Positions 1 through 10,068 of a stretch of 64,000 nt of DNA are shown here, piece by piece. The notes under the pieces were generated by a model. The model saw only the letters and a program-made list of their open reading frames with translations. It did no database searches and had not been told where the DNA came from. The position numbers were made by a program, and so were the translations under genes. Positions within the stretch are counted from its first letter, which is position 1; the number at the start of each line of letters is the position of its first letter. The DNA lies in NCBI GenBank assembly GCA_041484665.1, contig JBGPIA010000002.1, positions 192,001 through 256,000 of the forward strand, given 5' to 3'. The stretch is from Candidatus Krumholzibacteriia bacterium (lineage in GTDB: Bacteria > Krumholzibacteriota > Krumholzibacteriia > JAJRXK01).

Positions 1-1571
1 ACCTCCAGGCCGGTCACCGCTGCGACCTCGTGCGCGTCCTTGAAGCTGGTGTCCATGTACTCGGCGAAGAACGCCGCGCCCAGGCCGATGCCCAGAGCGA
101 GCACGAGTGCAAGCAGGCCGATCTTCGCCGTGTTGGGCTGGGCGGGGAACAGCGGCTTCTTGGCCGGCTCGAGGATGCGCACCTGCGTGCCGGAGCCCGA
201 CGCGGCGCCGCTGCGGGCCGCCAGACCGGTCTGTCGGGCGTCGACGAGGCTCTGGTAGGTCTCCTCCTGGCGCTTGACCTCCGCTCCCAGCGCTCCGAGC
301 TCCTGGTCGCGCGCCAGCTGCGACTTCACCGTCGTCTCGTAGTTCTTGAGCTCGGCGGAGATCCTGAACTCGTGGTCGGTGAGCACGTCGCCCACGATTG
401 CCAGCTCGAAGCGCCGCGTGAGCAGCGCGCGCACGGCTGCCTCCAGCTGGGGATACTGCTGCGCCGTCAGCTCGGTCAGGCGCTCGCCCATACGGTTGCG
501 CTGCACTTCGATGCGCTGTCGCCCCAAAGCGAGCGGCACAGTGGCCGTCTTGCCTGCGCTGTCCGTGCCGTTGCTGAGCTGCGCCAGGTCGTCCTCCCGC
601 TCCAGGGCCGCGAGACGCGCCTTGTGGTTGGCCACCTGCGGGTCGTTGAGCACGGCGTCGTTGCGCGGGACGTTGCCCAGCGCCGACATGAGCTGCGTGT
701 CGACGTTGCGGAGCTGACCCCGCGTCTCGTCGAGGTCCAACCGCACCCGGTGCACCAGGCGCTCCGCCCGCCGGCGGTTGTTCTTGTTCACCGGGTTGCC
801 GCGCGGCTCGTCGCTGACGGGCAGGCCCCGCTTGAAGTCCGCCAGCGCCTGCTCCGCCTTGTCGAGCTCGCGACGGTTCGACTCGAGCTGCTCGTCGGTC
901 ACCGAGCTGGTCGATGCCGGCGGCTCGAGGTGGTCCTTGGTCATTTGATCGACGAACGCCTGCGTCACTGCCTCGTCGAGCTTCCAGGCCGTGGCCGGGT
1001 CGTTGTCCTGCACGGCGATGATGAAGATGTCGCTCCCGCGGCTGCGCACGCCGATCTTCTGCCGCAGGCGCTCGATCAGGATGCGCTCCGCGATCACGTC
1101 CTGGCTCTGGTCGTGCAGGCGCCCCTGCTGGAGCGAGCGCGCTTCCTCCACCAGCTTGGGGTCCTCGCCCAGGCGCAGGTCGCGGATCAGAGGCGTGAGC
1201 AGCTCGCTGCTCCGCAGCGTCTCGCTGACCACCAGCCGCCGGTTGTTGTCGCGGGCGCGCTGCATCTCCCGCGTCATGATCATCTGGTCGATCTGGTTGC
1301 CGGTGTGGCGCTCTTCGATGAGGATCGCGCTGGTGCAGACGAAGATCGGAGTGATCACCTGCAGCCCGACCACAGTCGCGGAGCCGATGACCAAGAGCGG
1401 CAGGATCACAGAGAGGCGGCGGCGGTTGAGGATCTGGGGGATCCGGCGCGGATCGAACCCGGGCACAACCCTGCTCCGCTGCGACGCCTCACCCCGCGGC
1501 AGCGGAGGCTCCCCTTCGCCGGCGGACCCGCCGGCACCGGGGTGTTCGCCCATCGGTCTGCGCTGGCTCAC
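1..1571 (-). CDS. Polysaccharide chain-length determinant / co-polymerase (Wzc/GumC/Wzz-like), 3'-truncated by window edge
   Basis: Not in the ORF track; translated by hand. GTG at 1571 (or ATG 1553) after GGGAGAG, then N-terminal TM (RRRLSVILPLLVIGSATVVGLQVITP), long coiled-coil periplasmic region, and VRILEPAKKPLFPAQPN + TM + EYMDTSFKDAHEV, typical of the PCP family. Frame stays open to position 1. Confidence 0.85.
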   Translation of the reverse strand, partial: MSQRRPMGEHPGAGGSAGEGEPPLPRGEASQRSRVVPGFDPRRIPQILNRRRLSVILPLLVIGSATVVGLQVITPIFVCTSAILIEERHTGNQIDQMIMTREMQRARDNNRRLVVSETLRSSELLTPLIRDLRLGEDPKLVEEARSLQQGRLHDQSQDVIAERILIERLRQKIGVRSRGSDIFIIAVQDNDPATAWKLDEAVTQAFVDQMTKDHLEPPASTSSVTDEQLESNRRELDKAEQALADFKRGLPVSDEPRGNPVNKNNRRRAERLVHRVRLDLDETRGQLRNVDTQLMSALGNVPRNDAVLNDPQVANHKARLAALEREDDLAQLSNGTDSAGKTATVPLALGRQRIEVQRNRMGERLTELTAQQYPQLEAAVRALLTRRFELAIVGDVLTDHEFRISAELKNYETTVKSQLARDQELGALGAEVKRQEETYQSLVDARQTGLAARSGAASGSGTQVRILEPAKKPLFPAQPNTAKIGLLALVLALGIGLGAAFFAEYMDTSFKDAHEVAAVTGLE

Positions 1572-1964
1572 GGCTGCGATGCTCTCCCGCTGCACAGGAC
1601 GGGGTCGGGTGGGAGTTTGCGCTGCGGGGAGCCAGCCGGCGGGTCGCTGTGGCCAGGAATCTGCCCCTGGCTGCGTCAGGACGCCAGCCTGCGGGCCTGC
1701 ATGCTCCAGACTACCCACGCCACCCGGACACCGGTAGCAAGAAACATGACCGTGGCGGGCTGCGTGAAGGGTGGGCCGGGCTCGGCGGCTCTTGTCCGCC
1801 CATGGGACGGTGCTGGCCCGGGCTGCCCGCACCGATCTCGGCCTCTCCCCCGGGCCCCGCGGGTGGTCCAGGGCCCTCCCGGGACCCCTCCCAGGGCCCT
1901 GCCCCGGGCCCCGCTGGGGGCCTGTGCCCGGGAACGGATGCCCGGCTCCGGCGGGACGCCCGGG

Positions 1965-2912
1965 TCAGGCGGGGGTGCCTGCCCGGAAGGTCCGGTACCA
2001 GTCCACGGTGGCGCGCATGCCCTGCTCGACCGGAACCGTCACCTCGTAGCCCAGCAGGCGCCTGGCCAGGCCGATATCCGCCTGCGAGTGGCGGACGTCT
2101 CCGACGCGGGCGGGTCCGTGCTGCGGTTGGAGCGAGGATCCCAGGATCCGCGCGATCATCGCGTAGAGCTGGTTGAGCGTGATCCGGCCGCCGAGGGCCA
2201 CGTTCACCACCTCGCCGGACAGTCGCGGGACGCTCAGCGCCTTGAGATTGGCCTGCACGACGTTGGCGACGTAGGTGAAATCGCGCGACTGCTCCCCGTC
2301 GCCGTCGATGACCGGGGCGCGCCCATCCAGCAGCGCGTCGATGAACAGGGGGATCACCGCAGCGTAGGCGCCTTTGGGGTCCTGCCGCGGGCCGAACACG
2401 TTGAAATAGCGTACGGCCAGCGTCTGCATGCCGTACACCGCCGCGAAGGCGCAGGTGTAGTGCTCGGCGGCGAGCTTGGCCACGGCGTAGGGCGACTTCG
2501 GCCGCGTGGGCATCGTCTCCACCTTGGGCAGCTGCTCGCTGTCGCCGTACGCTGAGCTGCTCGCCGCGTAGATGAAACGCTTCACGCCGGCATCGCGGGC
2601 CGCCACGAGCAGGTTGAGCGTCCCGCTGACGTTCGCCTCGTTACTGGCCACGGGGTCCTTGACGCTGCGCGGCACCGACGCCAGCGCCGCCTCATGGAAG
2701 ACGTGGTCGCAGCCGTCCACGGCCCGCCGTACCACCTCCCGGTCGGTGACGCTGCCCACGATGAGCTCGACCTTGCCCACGGCGTCCACGTTGCGCTGGT
2801 ATCCCGTGGAGAGGTCGTCCAAGATGCGGACCCGGTCTCCCTGCTGAACCAGGGCTGCCGCGATGTGGGAGCCGATGAAGCCGGCTCCGCCGGTCACGAG
2901 GATCGTCGCCAT
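1965..2912 (-). CDS. NAD-dependent nucleotide-sugar epimerase (WbpP/TviC-like UDP-HexNAc 4-epimerase)
   Basis: VTGGAGFIGS Rossmann motif, HEAALASVPRS, YAASSSAYG, YxxxK (YAVAK), RYFNVFGPRQDP. Confidence 0.9.
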   Translation of the reverse strand: MATILVTGGAGFIGSHIAAALVQQGDRVRILDDLSTGYQRNVDAVGKVELIVGSVTDREVVRRAVDGCDHVFHEAALASVPRSVKDPVASNEANVSGTLNLLVAARDAGVKRFIYAASSSAYGDSEQLPKVETMPTRPKSPYAVAKLAAEHYTCAFAAVYGMQTLAVRYFNVFGPRQDPKGAYAAVIPLFIDALLDGRAPVIDGDGEQSRDFTYVANVVQANLKALSVPRLSGEVVNVALGGRITLNQLYAMIARILGSSLQPQHGPARVGDVRHSQADIGLARRLLGYEVTVPVEQGMRATVDWYRTFRAGTPA

Positions 2913-2942
2913 GCGCGCTCTCCTTGCTTGGCTGATGACGGG

Positions 2943-4238
2943 CTAGAGGCGGAACAGGTTGGGCGCGCGGACACCGCGCAGCGCGTGCCGGGCGTCCACG
3001 ACGGTCTGGCAGTCGCGCACCAGCGCCGGGTGGTCCACGCCGTCGTGGCGCGTGGCGACCACGGCGCAGTGGAACGTGGCCAGCGCCGCTGGCGTCAGGC
3101 TTGCCAACCGCGGCACGGGCTCCCCCACGGAGATCGCCGGCACGTGGGGGTCGAAGTACCACAGCTCGCCGCCGCGGTGGCGCAGCAGCTCGATGATGTC
3201 CAGCGCGGGAGACTCGCGCGTGTCGTCGATGTTGCTCTTGTAGGCCACGCCCACCATCAGGATCTTGCTGCCGCGAACCGGACGCGAGATGGAGTTGAGG
3301 GCCTGCCCCACCAAGTCCGCCACGAACGCCGGCATGCTGCCGTTCACCGTGCCAGCCAGCTCAATGAAGCGCGCCTCGAAGCCGCTGGCGCGCGCCTTCC
3401 AGCTCAGGTAGAAGGGGTCGATGGGAATGCAATGCCCGCCCAGCCCCGGGCCGGGATAGAAGGGCATGAAGCCGAATGGCTTGGTCGCCGCGGCATCGAT
3501 CACGTCCCAGACGTCGATCTCCATCTTGTGGCACATCTGCGCCAGCTCGTTCACCAGACCGATGTTCACGCTTCGAAACGTGTTCTCGAGCAGCTTGACC
3601 ATCTCGGCCACCTTCGCTCCGGACACGGGGACGACGGTGCTGAGGGTGGCGCGGTACAGGGAGGCCGCCATCTCGGTGCAGGCCGGTGTGATCCCCCCCA
3701 CAACCTTGGGGATGTTCTTGGTATTGAAGCGGGAGTTGCCCGGATCGACGCGCTCGGGCGAGAAGGCGAGGAAGAAATCCTCGCCGACCTTCAGCCCACC
3801 GGCCTGCAAGCGCGGGAGGATCACCTCCTCGGTCGTGCCTGGATAGGTCGTGCTCTCGAGCACGATCAGCTGGCCCGGGTGCAGCGTCTGCGCGATCTTC
3901 TCGACGGCCGCGTCGATGTAGCTGATATCGGGGTCGCGCGTCTTGGAGAGCGGCGTGGGCACGCAGATCTCCACCGAGTCGACTTCGGCGAGCTTGCGGT
4001 AGTCCGTCGTCGCACTGAGGCGGCCCGCGCCGACGAGCTCCTTGAGCAGCGGCGACGCAATGTCGCCGATATAGCTCTCGCCACGGTTGACGGCGTCCAC
4101 CTTGTGCTTGTCCACGTCGATGCCCGTCACCCGGAAGCCCGCGCGCGCGAACTCCACGGCCAGCGGTAATCCGACGTAGCCCAGCCCGATCACCGAGAGA
4201 TGCGCCGTCTTGCTCGCGAGCTTGTCCTGGATGCTCAC
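2943..4238 (-). CDS. UDP-N-acetylhexosamine 6-dehydrogenase (WbpA/WbpO/TviB family)
   Basis: GLGYVGLPLA, ICVPTPL, LESTTYPGTT, FSPERVDPG, catalytic GGHCIPIDP; GTG start overlaps the upstream stop (GTGA). Confidence 0.92.
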   Translation of the reverse strand: MSIQDKLASKTAHLSVIGLGYVGLPLAVEFARAGFRVTGIDVDKHKVDAVNRGESYIGDIASPLLKELVGAGRLSATTDYRKLAEVDSVEICVPTPLSKTRDPDISYIDAAVEKIAQTLHPGQLIVLESTTYPGTTEEVILPRLQAGGLKVGEDFFLAFSPERVDPGNSRFNTKNIPKVVGGITPACTEMAASLYRATLSTVVPVSGAKVAEMVKLLENTFRSVNIGLVNELAQMCHKMEIDVWDVIDAAATKPFGFMPFYPGPGLGGHCIPIDPFYLSWKARASGFEARFIELAGTVNGSMPAFVADLVGQALNSISRPVRGSKILMVGVAYKSNIDDTRESPALDIIELLRHRGGELWYFDPHVPAISVGEPVPRLASLTPAALATFHCAVVATRHDGVDHPALVRDCQTVVDARHALRGVRAPNLFRL

Positions 4239-5287
4239 CGTTGGTCCTCCTGAGCGGGCGCCGTCGTGTCCACCAACCCCACCGTCGAGACCTGGTTCTT
4301 CCCCTCGAACTTCGCCCGGTACAGCCGCCGGTCGGATGCCATGAGCAGCGCGCGGGGATCCTGCCCGTCCTGCGGGTAGAGGGCGATGCCCATGCTCACC
4401 GTCAGGCGGTTGGTCGCGTCGCCCTCGAAGTGATGATGCTCCACGCGCCGCAGGACACGCTCGGCGAACGCCAGCGCTCCGGCCAGCCCCGTGTTGGGAA
4501 GGACGACGCTGAACTCGTCGCCGCCGTACTTGGCGACCAGATCGCTGTCCCGCGCGCTGCGCCGTAGCAGCTCGGCCAGGTCCTTCAGCGCCGCGCTCCC
4601 GGCCAGATGGCCATGCAGGTCATTGTATTCCTTGAGGTTATCCACATCAATCATGCAAACCGCCAGCGGCTCGCCAAAACGGTGACCGCGTTTGATCTCG
4701 CGGCCCAGCGCCTCCATGAAGTAGCGGTAATTGTAGGCGCCGGTGAGCCCGTCGGTGCTGGCCTCGGCCTCGAGCTTGTGGTAGAGGTCCGCGTTCTCCA
4801 ACGCCACCGCCGCCTGGTTTGCCAAGAGCGCGAGCATCTTGGCGTCCTCGCCGCCGTACATCTGGTCCTTGGCGAAGACCATCAGCACACCCAGCTGGCG
4901 CGCGCGAGCATTGAGCGGCGCGCTGAGCAGCACGGCGGGCGGGCTGGCCAGGTTGCCCAGCGGGTGGCGCGAGCGCTCGAGATCTCGGCGGTGCAGCCCG
5001 GCGGCGTTCTCCTGCTGGATCCACTGCACGAGGTTGCGGCTTTTGGGCAGCGTCTGGACGCTGAGCACCTCGCGCCCGGACTCCTCGCCCTTGAGCACGA
5101 AGCGACGGATGCCGTCCTCTTTGAGCAACAGCAGGTGGACGAAGCGCGCCGCCAGGAGCTCCGCGCAGGTGCGCAGCACGCGCTCCAGGATGATTTCCTC
5201 CCGCCGTGGACCGACGTTGATCAGCGCCGACAGGTCGAGGATCGCCTCCACCAGGCGTTCCCAACGGGAAGCTCGCAAGGATTCCAT
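4235..5287 (-). CDS. GAF-GGDEF diguanylate cyclase
   Basis: GAF-like N-terminus (LLANQAAVALENA), TDGLTG, IDVDNLKEYNDLHGH, intact GGDEF with RxxD I-site (RDSD) 5 residues upstream; start taken at ATG 5287. Confidence 0.9.
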   Translation of the reverse strand: MESLRASRWERLVEAILDLSALINVGPRREEIILERVLRTCAELLAARFVHLLLLKEDGIRRFVLKGEESGREVLSVQTLPKSRNLVQWIQQENAAGLHRRDLERSRHPLGNLASPPAVLLSAPLNARARQLGVLMVFAKDQMYGGEDAKMLALLANQAAVALENADLYHKLEAEASTDGLTGAYNYRYFMEALGREIKRGHRFGEPLAVCMIDVDNLKEYNDLHGHLAGSAALKDLAELLRRSARDSDLVAKYGGDEFSVVLPNTGLAGALAFAERVLRRVEHHHFEGDATNRLTVSMGIALYPQDGQDPRALLMASDRRLYRAKFEGKNQVSTVGLVDTTAPAQEDQR

Positions 5288-5338
5288 GGGTCGCCCACCT
5301 GCGGACCGGGCTGCGCGGACTGGAGCCGTGCGCTGGTT

Positions 5339-5354
5339 TGCAACCACCATGCCA
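5339..5354 (-). promoter_or_regulatory. Sigma-54 (-24/-12) promoter for the DGC-dehydrogenase-epimerase unit
   Basis: Minus strand TGGCATG-GTGG-TTGCA matches TGGCAYG-N4-TTGCW, about 50 nt upstream of the DGC ATG. Confidence 0.65.
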
Positions 5355-5393
5355 GCAAGGATTTGGGAGGGATGCGGCGGGCGCCATCGCGGC

Positions 5394-5789
5394 TCAATTG
5401 CCATCGTCGGGGGGCGGTTCCTCCTGCCGCAGACTCGCTCTGAGCTCGTCCTGGCGCGCGCGGATCGCGCCCAGCTCGCGCCAGGCGGAGCGAGCGCGCA
5501 GCGCGCAGAAGACAAGCGCGAGCAGTGCGACCGCTGGCAGCGAGAGGCGTTGCGGGAGCGCGCGGCCAACGAGACGGATCTGCGCCACCCGCCACAGCGT
5601 CTGCGCCAGCCACAGCAGCATCGCGGCCAGCGCGGCCCACAGCCCCAGCAGGATCACCAGGCGCGCGCTGTCCTCACGGTCGCGGCGCAGCTGGGTGTGG
5701 GCGCGCGAGAGCGTGCGGGCCGGGGGGCGCCCCCGAGCGCGCCAGCGCGTGGATAGCCGCTCGCGCCGGTCGTCAGGGGAGCTCCTCAT
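5394..5789 (-). CDS. Hypothetical membrane protein (2 predicted TM segments)
   Basis: Hydrophobic stretches LVILLGLWAALAAMLLWLA and LSLPAVALLALVFCAL; start overlaps the upstream ORF end. Confidence 0.5.
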   Translation of the reverse strand: MRSSPDDRRERLSTRWRARGRPPARTLSRAHTQLRRDREDSARLVILLGLWAALAAMLLWLAQTLWRVAQIRLVGRALPQRLSLPAVALLALVFCALRARSAWRELGAIRARQDELRASLRQEEPPPDDGN

Positions 5790-6033
5790 AGTCGGCTTCC
5801 TCCACCTCCTGGTCGCCGCCGCGCGCCCCGGCACGCGGTCCGCCGCGCGCCCCGGCGGGCGGTGGCTGCGGCCCGCCGCTCCGGCCCGCAGGCGGCGGCT
5901 GCGGCCCGCGTCGCTGCGCGGGTCCGCCCGAGAGTCCCTGCAGGTTGCGCCAGGCGAACGACAGCACGCGCAGCAGCAGCACCACCACCGCGTAGATGAA
6001 GAAGAGCCGCAACAGGCCGACGATTATTCCCAT
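5773..6033 (-). CDS. Small membrane-anchored hypothetical protein with acidic C-terminal EEADYEEL tail
   Basis: N-terminal TM (IIVGLLRLFFIYAVVVLLL), Gly/Pro-rich linker, acidic tail. Confidence 0.6.
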   Translation of the reverse strand: MGIIVGLLRLFFIYAVVVLLLRVLSFAWRNLQGLSGGPAQRRGPQPPPAGRSGGPQPPPAGARGGPRAGARGGDQEVEEADYEELP

Positions 6034-6141
6034 GGGAGCCTTGGCCTCGCATCGCGCGGGCACTCCCGCGGGCGCGCGGCGGCCGGTGCCGGCGGGCAGC
6101 CAAACCGCCCACGGCCGGTCCGGGGCGGCGGCAGGAGAGGA

Positions 6142-6218
6142 TGGTGCGCCCGACAGGATTCGAACCTGCGGCCTCTTGCTCCGGAGGCAAGCGCTCTATC
6201 CAACTGAGCTACGGGCGC
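6142..6218 (-). tRNA. tRNA-Arg(CCG)
   Basis: GCGCCCG acceptor, AGCTCAGTTGGATAGAGC D arm, anticodon stem CTTGC/GCAAG with loop CTCCGGA, GGTTCGAATCC T arm, encoded CCA. Confidence 0.97.
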
Positions 6219-6278
6219 GTTTTCATCGCACCGCGGGGCCGCAGGCCCCGCGCGGGGTCCGCCCCGGCGGCCGGCCCC

Positions 6279-6307
6279 AATATCGCAGATGGGACAGACC
6301 CCTGCAA
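6279..6307 (-). promoter_or_regulatory. Possible sigma-70 promoter for tRNA-Arg
   Basis: TTGCAG-N17-GATATT with TG extension. Confidence 0.35.
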
Positions 6308-6323
6308 CGGGGCAGCGCGAGGC

Positions 6324-7538
6324 TCACTCCGGCGGCGTTGTCTGGCGGCGGGCCACTTCCACGTCCTTGTCGCCGCGCCCCGACAGATTGACCACCACCA
6401 GGTCATGGGCCGCCGTGCGCGGCATCAGGCGCTCGAGCTCGGCCAGCGCGTGCGCGGACTCCAGGGCGGGCACGATCCCCTCCAGCCGGCTGAGGCGCGC
6501 GAACGCCGCCAGCGCCTCGTCATCGCCGGCGTGCACGTACTCGATGCGGCCGACGTCGTGGTAGTACGCGTGCTCCGGGCCCACGCTGGGGTAGTCGAGT
6601 CCAGCGCTCACGCTGTGGGTCGGCAGCACATTGCCGTCTTGGTCCTGCAGCAGCATGCTGCGTGTCCCGTGGAGCACGCCCGGGATGCCGGTGGCGAAGC
6701 GCGCCGCATGCTCGCCCGGCCCCAGCCCGCGTCCGCCCGCCTCCACGCCGATCATCCGCACCGCGGGATCGCCCAGGAACGCGTAGAACAGTCCGATGGA
6801 GTTGCTGCCGCCACCCACGCATGCCACCAGGTGGCTGGGCAGCCGGCCGTAGGCCGCCTGCACCTGCGCGCGAGCCTCCTCGCCGATCACCTTCTGGAAA
6901 TGCCGGACCATCAACGGAAAGGGATGCGGTCCCAGGACGCTGCCGAGCACGTAGTGCGTGTCGCGCACGGTGGCGACCCAATCGCGGATGGCCTCGTTGA
7001 TGGCGTCCTTCAGCGTGCGGCTGCCCGCGTCCACCGCCGTGACCTCGGCGCCCAGGAGCCGCATCCGGTAGACGTTGAGGGCCTGGCGCTCCATATCCAC
7101 CGATCCCATGTAGACGCGGCAGGCCAGCCCCAGCTTCGCGCAGGCCGTGGCCGTTGCCACGCCATGCTGTCCGGCGCCGGTCTCGGCGATGATGCGCCGC
7201 TTGCCCATGCGCTTGGCGAGCAGCACCTGCCCCAGGGCGTTGTTGATCTTGTGGGCGCCGGTGTGAGCCAGGTCCTCACGCTTGAGGAGCACGGGTGCCG
7301 TGCCGTAATGGGCGGTGAGCCCCGCGGCGAGCGTGAGGGGCGTGGGACGTCCTACGAAGTCGCGCAGCAGCAAAGCCAGCTGCGCGACGAACGCCGGGTC
7401 GTTGCGCGCCGCCGTAAACGACTCGGCGAGCTCGCGCAGCGCTCCCATGAGCGTCTCGGGCATGTAGCGGCCGCCGTAGGCGCCGAAGCGCCCATCCTCG
7501 CCCAGCGAGGGGTCGAACCGGAAGCCTGGATCGGTCAC
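6324..7538 (-). CDS. trpB: Tryptophan synthase beta chain (TrpB1 type)
   Basis: [30 protein letters not shown] (PLP lysine), [36 protein letters not shown] start overlapping the trpF stop. Confidence 0.97.
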   Translation of the reverse strand: MTDPGFRFDPSLGEDGRFGAYGGRYMPETLMGALRELAESFTAARNDPAFVAQLALLLRDFVGRPTPLTLAAGLTAHYGTAPVLLKREDLAHTGAHKINNALGQVLLAKRMGKRRIIAETGAGQHGVATATACAKLGLACRVYMGSVDMERQALNVYRMRLLGAEVTAVDAGSRTLKDAINEAIRDWVATVRDTHYVLGSVLGPHPFPLMVRHFQKVIGEEARAQVQAAYGRLPSHLVACVGGGSNSIGLFYAFLGDPAVRMIGVEAGGRGLGPGEHAARFATGIPGVLHGTRSMLLQDQDGNVLPTHSVSAGLDYPSVGPEHAYYHDVGRIEYVHAGDDEALAAFARLSRLEGIVPALESAHALAELERLMPRTAAHDLVVVNLSGRGDKDVEVARRQTTPPE

Positions 7539-8182
7539 GGCCGCTCCTGCGGATCGCCGGCGCCAGCCGCCGCCCGCGCCTGCTGGATGAACTGCGCCAC
7601 CTTCGCGGGGTCCTTGCGGCCGGGGCCCAGCTCGACACCCGAGGCCACATCCACGGCGAAGGGGCGCACGCATCGCACGGCATCGGCCACGCTGTTGGGC
7701 GTGAGCCCGCCCGCCAGGAACGTCCGCCGGCTGCGGGCCACCGGCACCGCCAGGCTCCAGTCGAAGCTCTTGCCGGTACCACCGCCACCGCGCTCGCTCG
7801 CCGTGTCCAGCAGGTCCGCCCACGCCCCGCTGTCCAAGCGGCTCTGCGCCACGCCCGCGGCGTCCACCGCGCGCGCCTGGATCACCCGCACCGGCAACGC
7901 CAGCCACTCTGGTCCGCGCTCCTGACCGTGCAGCTGGACGAGATCCAGGTCCAGGCGCTCGATCGCCGCCTCGACCTCCGCCAGCGGCGCGTCGCGGAAC
8001 ACGCCGACCACCTCGCAGGCGCCACGCACCTGGTCCAGCCACTGCGCGAGCTGCGCGATCTCGACCTGGCGGGGTCCAGCGGCGAAGACGAAGCCCAGGA
8101 AGTCCGCTCCGCAGGCTGCCGCGTGCGCGGCGTCCTGGGCGTTGGTCAGGCCGCAGATCTTCACGCGCACCGGCGCGATCAT
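7535..8182 (-). CDS. trpF: Phosphoribosylanthranilate isomerase
   Basis: [42 protein letters not shown] overlap with trpC. Confidence 0.95.
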   Translation of the reverse strand: MIAPVRVKICGLTNAQDAAHAAACGADFLGFVFAAGPRQVEIAQLAQWLDQVRGACEVVGVFRDAPLAEVEAAIERLDLDLVQLHGQERGPEWLALPVRVIQARAVDAAGVAQSRLDSGAWADLLDTASERGGGGTGKSFDWSLAVPVARSRRTFLAGGLTPNSVADAVRCVRPFAVDVASGVELGPGRKDPAKVAQFIQQARAAAGAGDPQERP

Positions 8183-8997
8183 GGCGCGCTCCGGCCGGCT
8201 CCGAACAGGGCGCGGAAGCGCTCTGCGGGAGCGCCGCCGCGCATCAGGCCCTCGCCCACCAGCGCGGCGTCCGCACGCGAGCGCGCGACCGCCTGTGCGT
8301 CGGCCGGGTCGCGAACGCCGCTCTCGGCCACCACCACGCGGTCGCCGGGAATCGTGTCGATCAGGCGCAGCGCCCCCGACAGGTCCACGCTGAAATCGCG
8401 CAGGTCGCGGGCGTTGACGCCCACCAACGGAAAGTCCAGGCGCAGCAGCCGCGCGAGCTCCGCCTCGCCGTGGGCCTCGGCCAGCACCTCCATGCCCAGC
8501 TCCAGGGCGCGGTCGCGCAGCGCCGTGAGCAGGCCGTCGTCCAGTACCGCCGCCAGCAGCAGCAACGCGTCGGCGCCAAAGGCGCGCGCCTCGAGCACTT
8601 GGTAGACGTCCAGGATGAAGTCCTTGCGCACCAGCGGCAGGTCGACCGCTGCGCGCACCTCCGCCAGCGCCTCCAGGGATCCTCCGAAGTACGCGGGCTC
8701 GGTCAGCACCGAGAGCGCAACGCACCCCGCCGCCTCCAGCTCCCGCGCCGCGGAGGCGGGCTGCAGCGCGTCGTGGATGGAGCCGGCCGACGGGCTGCGG
8801 CGCTTCAGCTCGCCCACCACCCGCAGCGGCACGCGCGCGCCGTCCGGCAGGGCGTGGCGATGCAGCGCGGCGCGCAGCGGCCGCGGCGGGGCCTGTCCAG
8901 CCGCGCGGGCGGCCAGCTCGCGCAGCGGCACGCGCACGCGGCGCTCCGCCAGATCCGCGGCGACCTGCGCTACGATCTGCATCAGGGGCGCGCTCAT
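8179..8997 (-). CDS. trpC: Indole-3-glycerol phosphate synthase
   Basis: [46 protein letters not shown]. Confidence 0.95.
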   Translation of the reverse strand: MSAPLMQIVAQVAADLAERRVRVPLRELAARAAGQAPPRPLRAALHRHALPDGARVPLRVVGELKRRSPSAGSIHDALQPASAARELEAAGCVALSVLTEPAYFGGSLEALAEVRAAVDLPLVRKDFILDVYQVLEARAFGADALLLLAAVLDDGLLTALRDRALELGMEVLAEAHGEAELARLLRLDFPLVGVNARDLRDFSVDLSGALRLIDTIPGDRVVVAESGVRDPADAQAVARSRADAALVGEGLMRGGAPAERFRALFGAGRSAP

Positions 8998-10028
8998 GCC
9001 GCCCCCGCGTGGCGGCGCGTAAACTCCACGAAGCGGTCCAGCACCGCGCGCGCCTGTCCGGAGTCGATGGCCAGCGCCGCCTGCTGCAGCCCGTCCTGCA
9101 GCGTCGTGCTCCGTCCCGCCGCCCAGAGCGCGGCAGCGGCGTTGAGCAGCACGATGTCGCGCGGCGCGCCGCCCTCGCCCGCGAGCACTCCGCGCACGAT
9201 CTGGGCATTGCGCTGGGCGTCGCCGCCCTGCAACGCCTGCGCCGGGTGCAGCGGAAGCCCCAGCGCCACGGGGTCGACGCGCACGCGCGTCACCCCCGCG
9301 TCCACCACGAGCATCCAGCTGCTCGCGGTCACGGTGAGCTCGTCGAGGCCGTCGTCGCCGTGCACGAGCAGGCTGCGTCCATTGCCCAGTCGCGGCAGCA
9401 CCTCGGCCAGCCGGTCGAGCAACCGCGGATCGAACACCCCCAGCAGCTGATGCCGGGCGCCGGCCGGATTGGTGAGCGGCCCCAGGATGTTGAACACCGT
9501 GCGCAGGCCCAGTGCGCGGCGCGGCGCCACCGCGTGGCGCATGGCGCCATGGAAGCTCGGGGCGAACATGAAGCCAAAGCCCACCTCATCCACGCAGGCG
9601 GCCACCGCGTCGGGTGCCAGCGCGAGGCTCGCGCCCAGCGTCTCCAGCACGTCGGCGCTCCCGCAGCGGCTACTCACGGAGCGGTTGCCGTGCTTGGCGA
9701 CGTGCACCCCGGCCCCTGCCGCCACGAATGCGCAGGCGGTCGAGATGTTAAAGGTCCCCGCCCCGTCGCCACCCGTCCCGCAGGTGTCCAGCAGCGGCGC
9801 CGCCGAGCAGCGCAGCGGCGTAGCGCTGGCGCGCATGGCCCTGGCGAAGCCGGTGATCTCGTCGGCGGTCTCCCCCTTCATGCGCAACGCCACCAGCAGC
9901 CCGGCGATCCAGGCCGGATCGGCCTCCCCGCGCAGGATGCGCTCCATGGCGCGCTGCGCCTCGCTCTCGGCCAGGGAATGTCCGGCCAGCACGCGCTCGA
10001 GGATCTCCTGCGGAGTGTTCATGGGCAC
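8994..10028 (-). CDS. trpD: Anthranilate phosphoribosyltransferase
   Basis: DTCGTGGDG, FNIST, KHGNRSVSSRCGSAD, RTVFNILGPLTNP, DGLDE; start may be ATG 10022. Confidence 0.96.
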   Translation of the reverse strand: MPMNTPQEILERVLAGHSLAESEAQRAMERILRGEADPAWIAGLLVALRMKGETADEITGFARAMRASATPLRCSAAPLLDTCGTGGDGAGTFNISTACAFVAAGAGVHVAKHGNRSVSSRCGSADVLETLGASLALAPDAVAACVDEVGFGFMFAPSFHGAMRHAVAPRRALGLRTVFNILGPLTNPAGARHQLLGVFDPRLLDRLAEVLPRLGNGRSLLVHGDDGLDELTVTASSWMLVVDAGVTRVRVDPVALGLPLHPAQALQGGDAQRNAQIVRGVLAGEGGAPRDIVLLNAAAALWAAGRSTTLQDGLQQAALAIDSGQARAVLDRFVEFTRRHAGAA

Positions 10029-10068
10029 ACGGGCCGGGGGATGGCGCAGCCCAAGCCGGCGGGAAGGC

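Noticed and set aside
1736..1751. Possible sigma-54 promoter GGTCATG-TTTC-TTGCT upstream of the Wzc-like gene
   Set aside because: The invariant GG at -24 reads GT; too weak to call
1572..1760. c-di-GMP riboswitch or ops/JUMPstart element in the polysaccharide leaders (also checked 51805-51955)
   Set aside because: No match by eye to the GEMM GCAAA/GAAA pattern or GGCGGTAG; an Infernal scan would be needed to exclude it fully
1840..1990. GC-rich imperfect repeats (GGGCCC-based) between the epimerase and the Wzc-like gene
   Set aside because: Low complexity, no constant unit or spacer structure; not CRISPR or a clear REP family
30..2555. 841-aa plus-strand ORF and the many other long antisense or alternate-frame ORFs in the track (e.g. 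2694-4169, 6141-7925, 22685-24661, 58981-60954)
   Set aside because: Shadow ORFs typical of high-GC DNA; they lie opposite well-supported genes and carry no recognisable motifs
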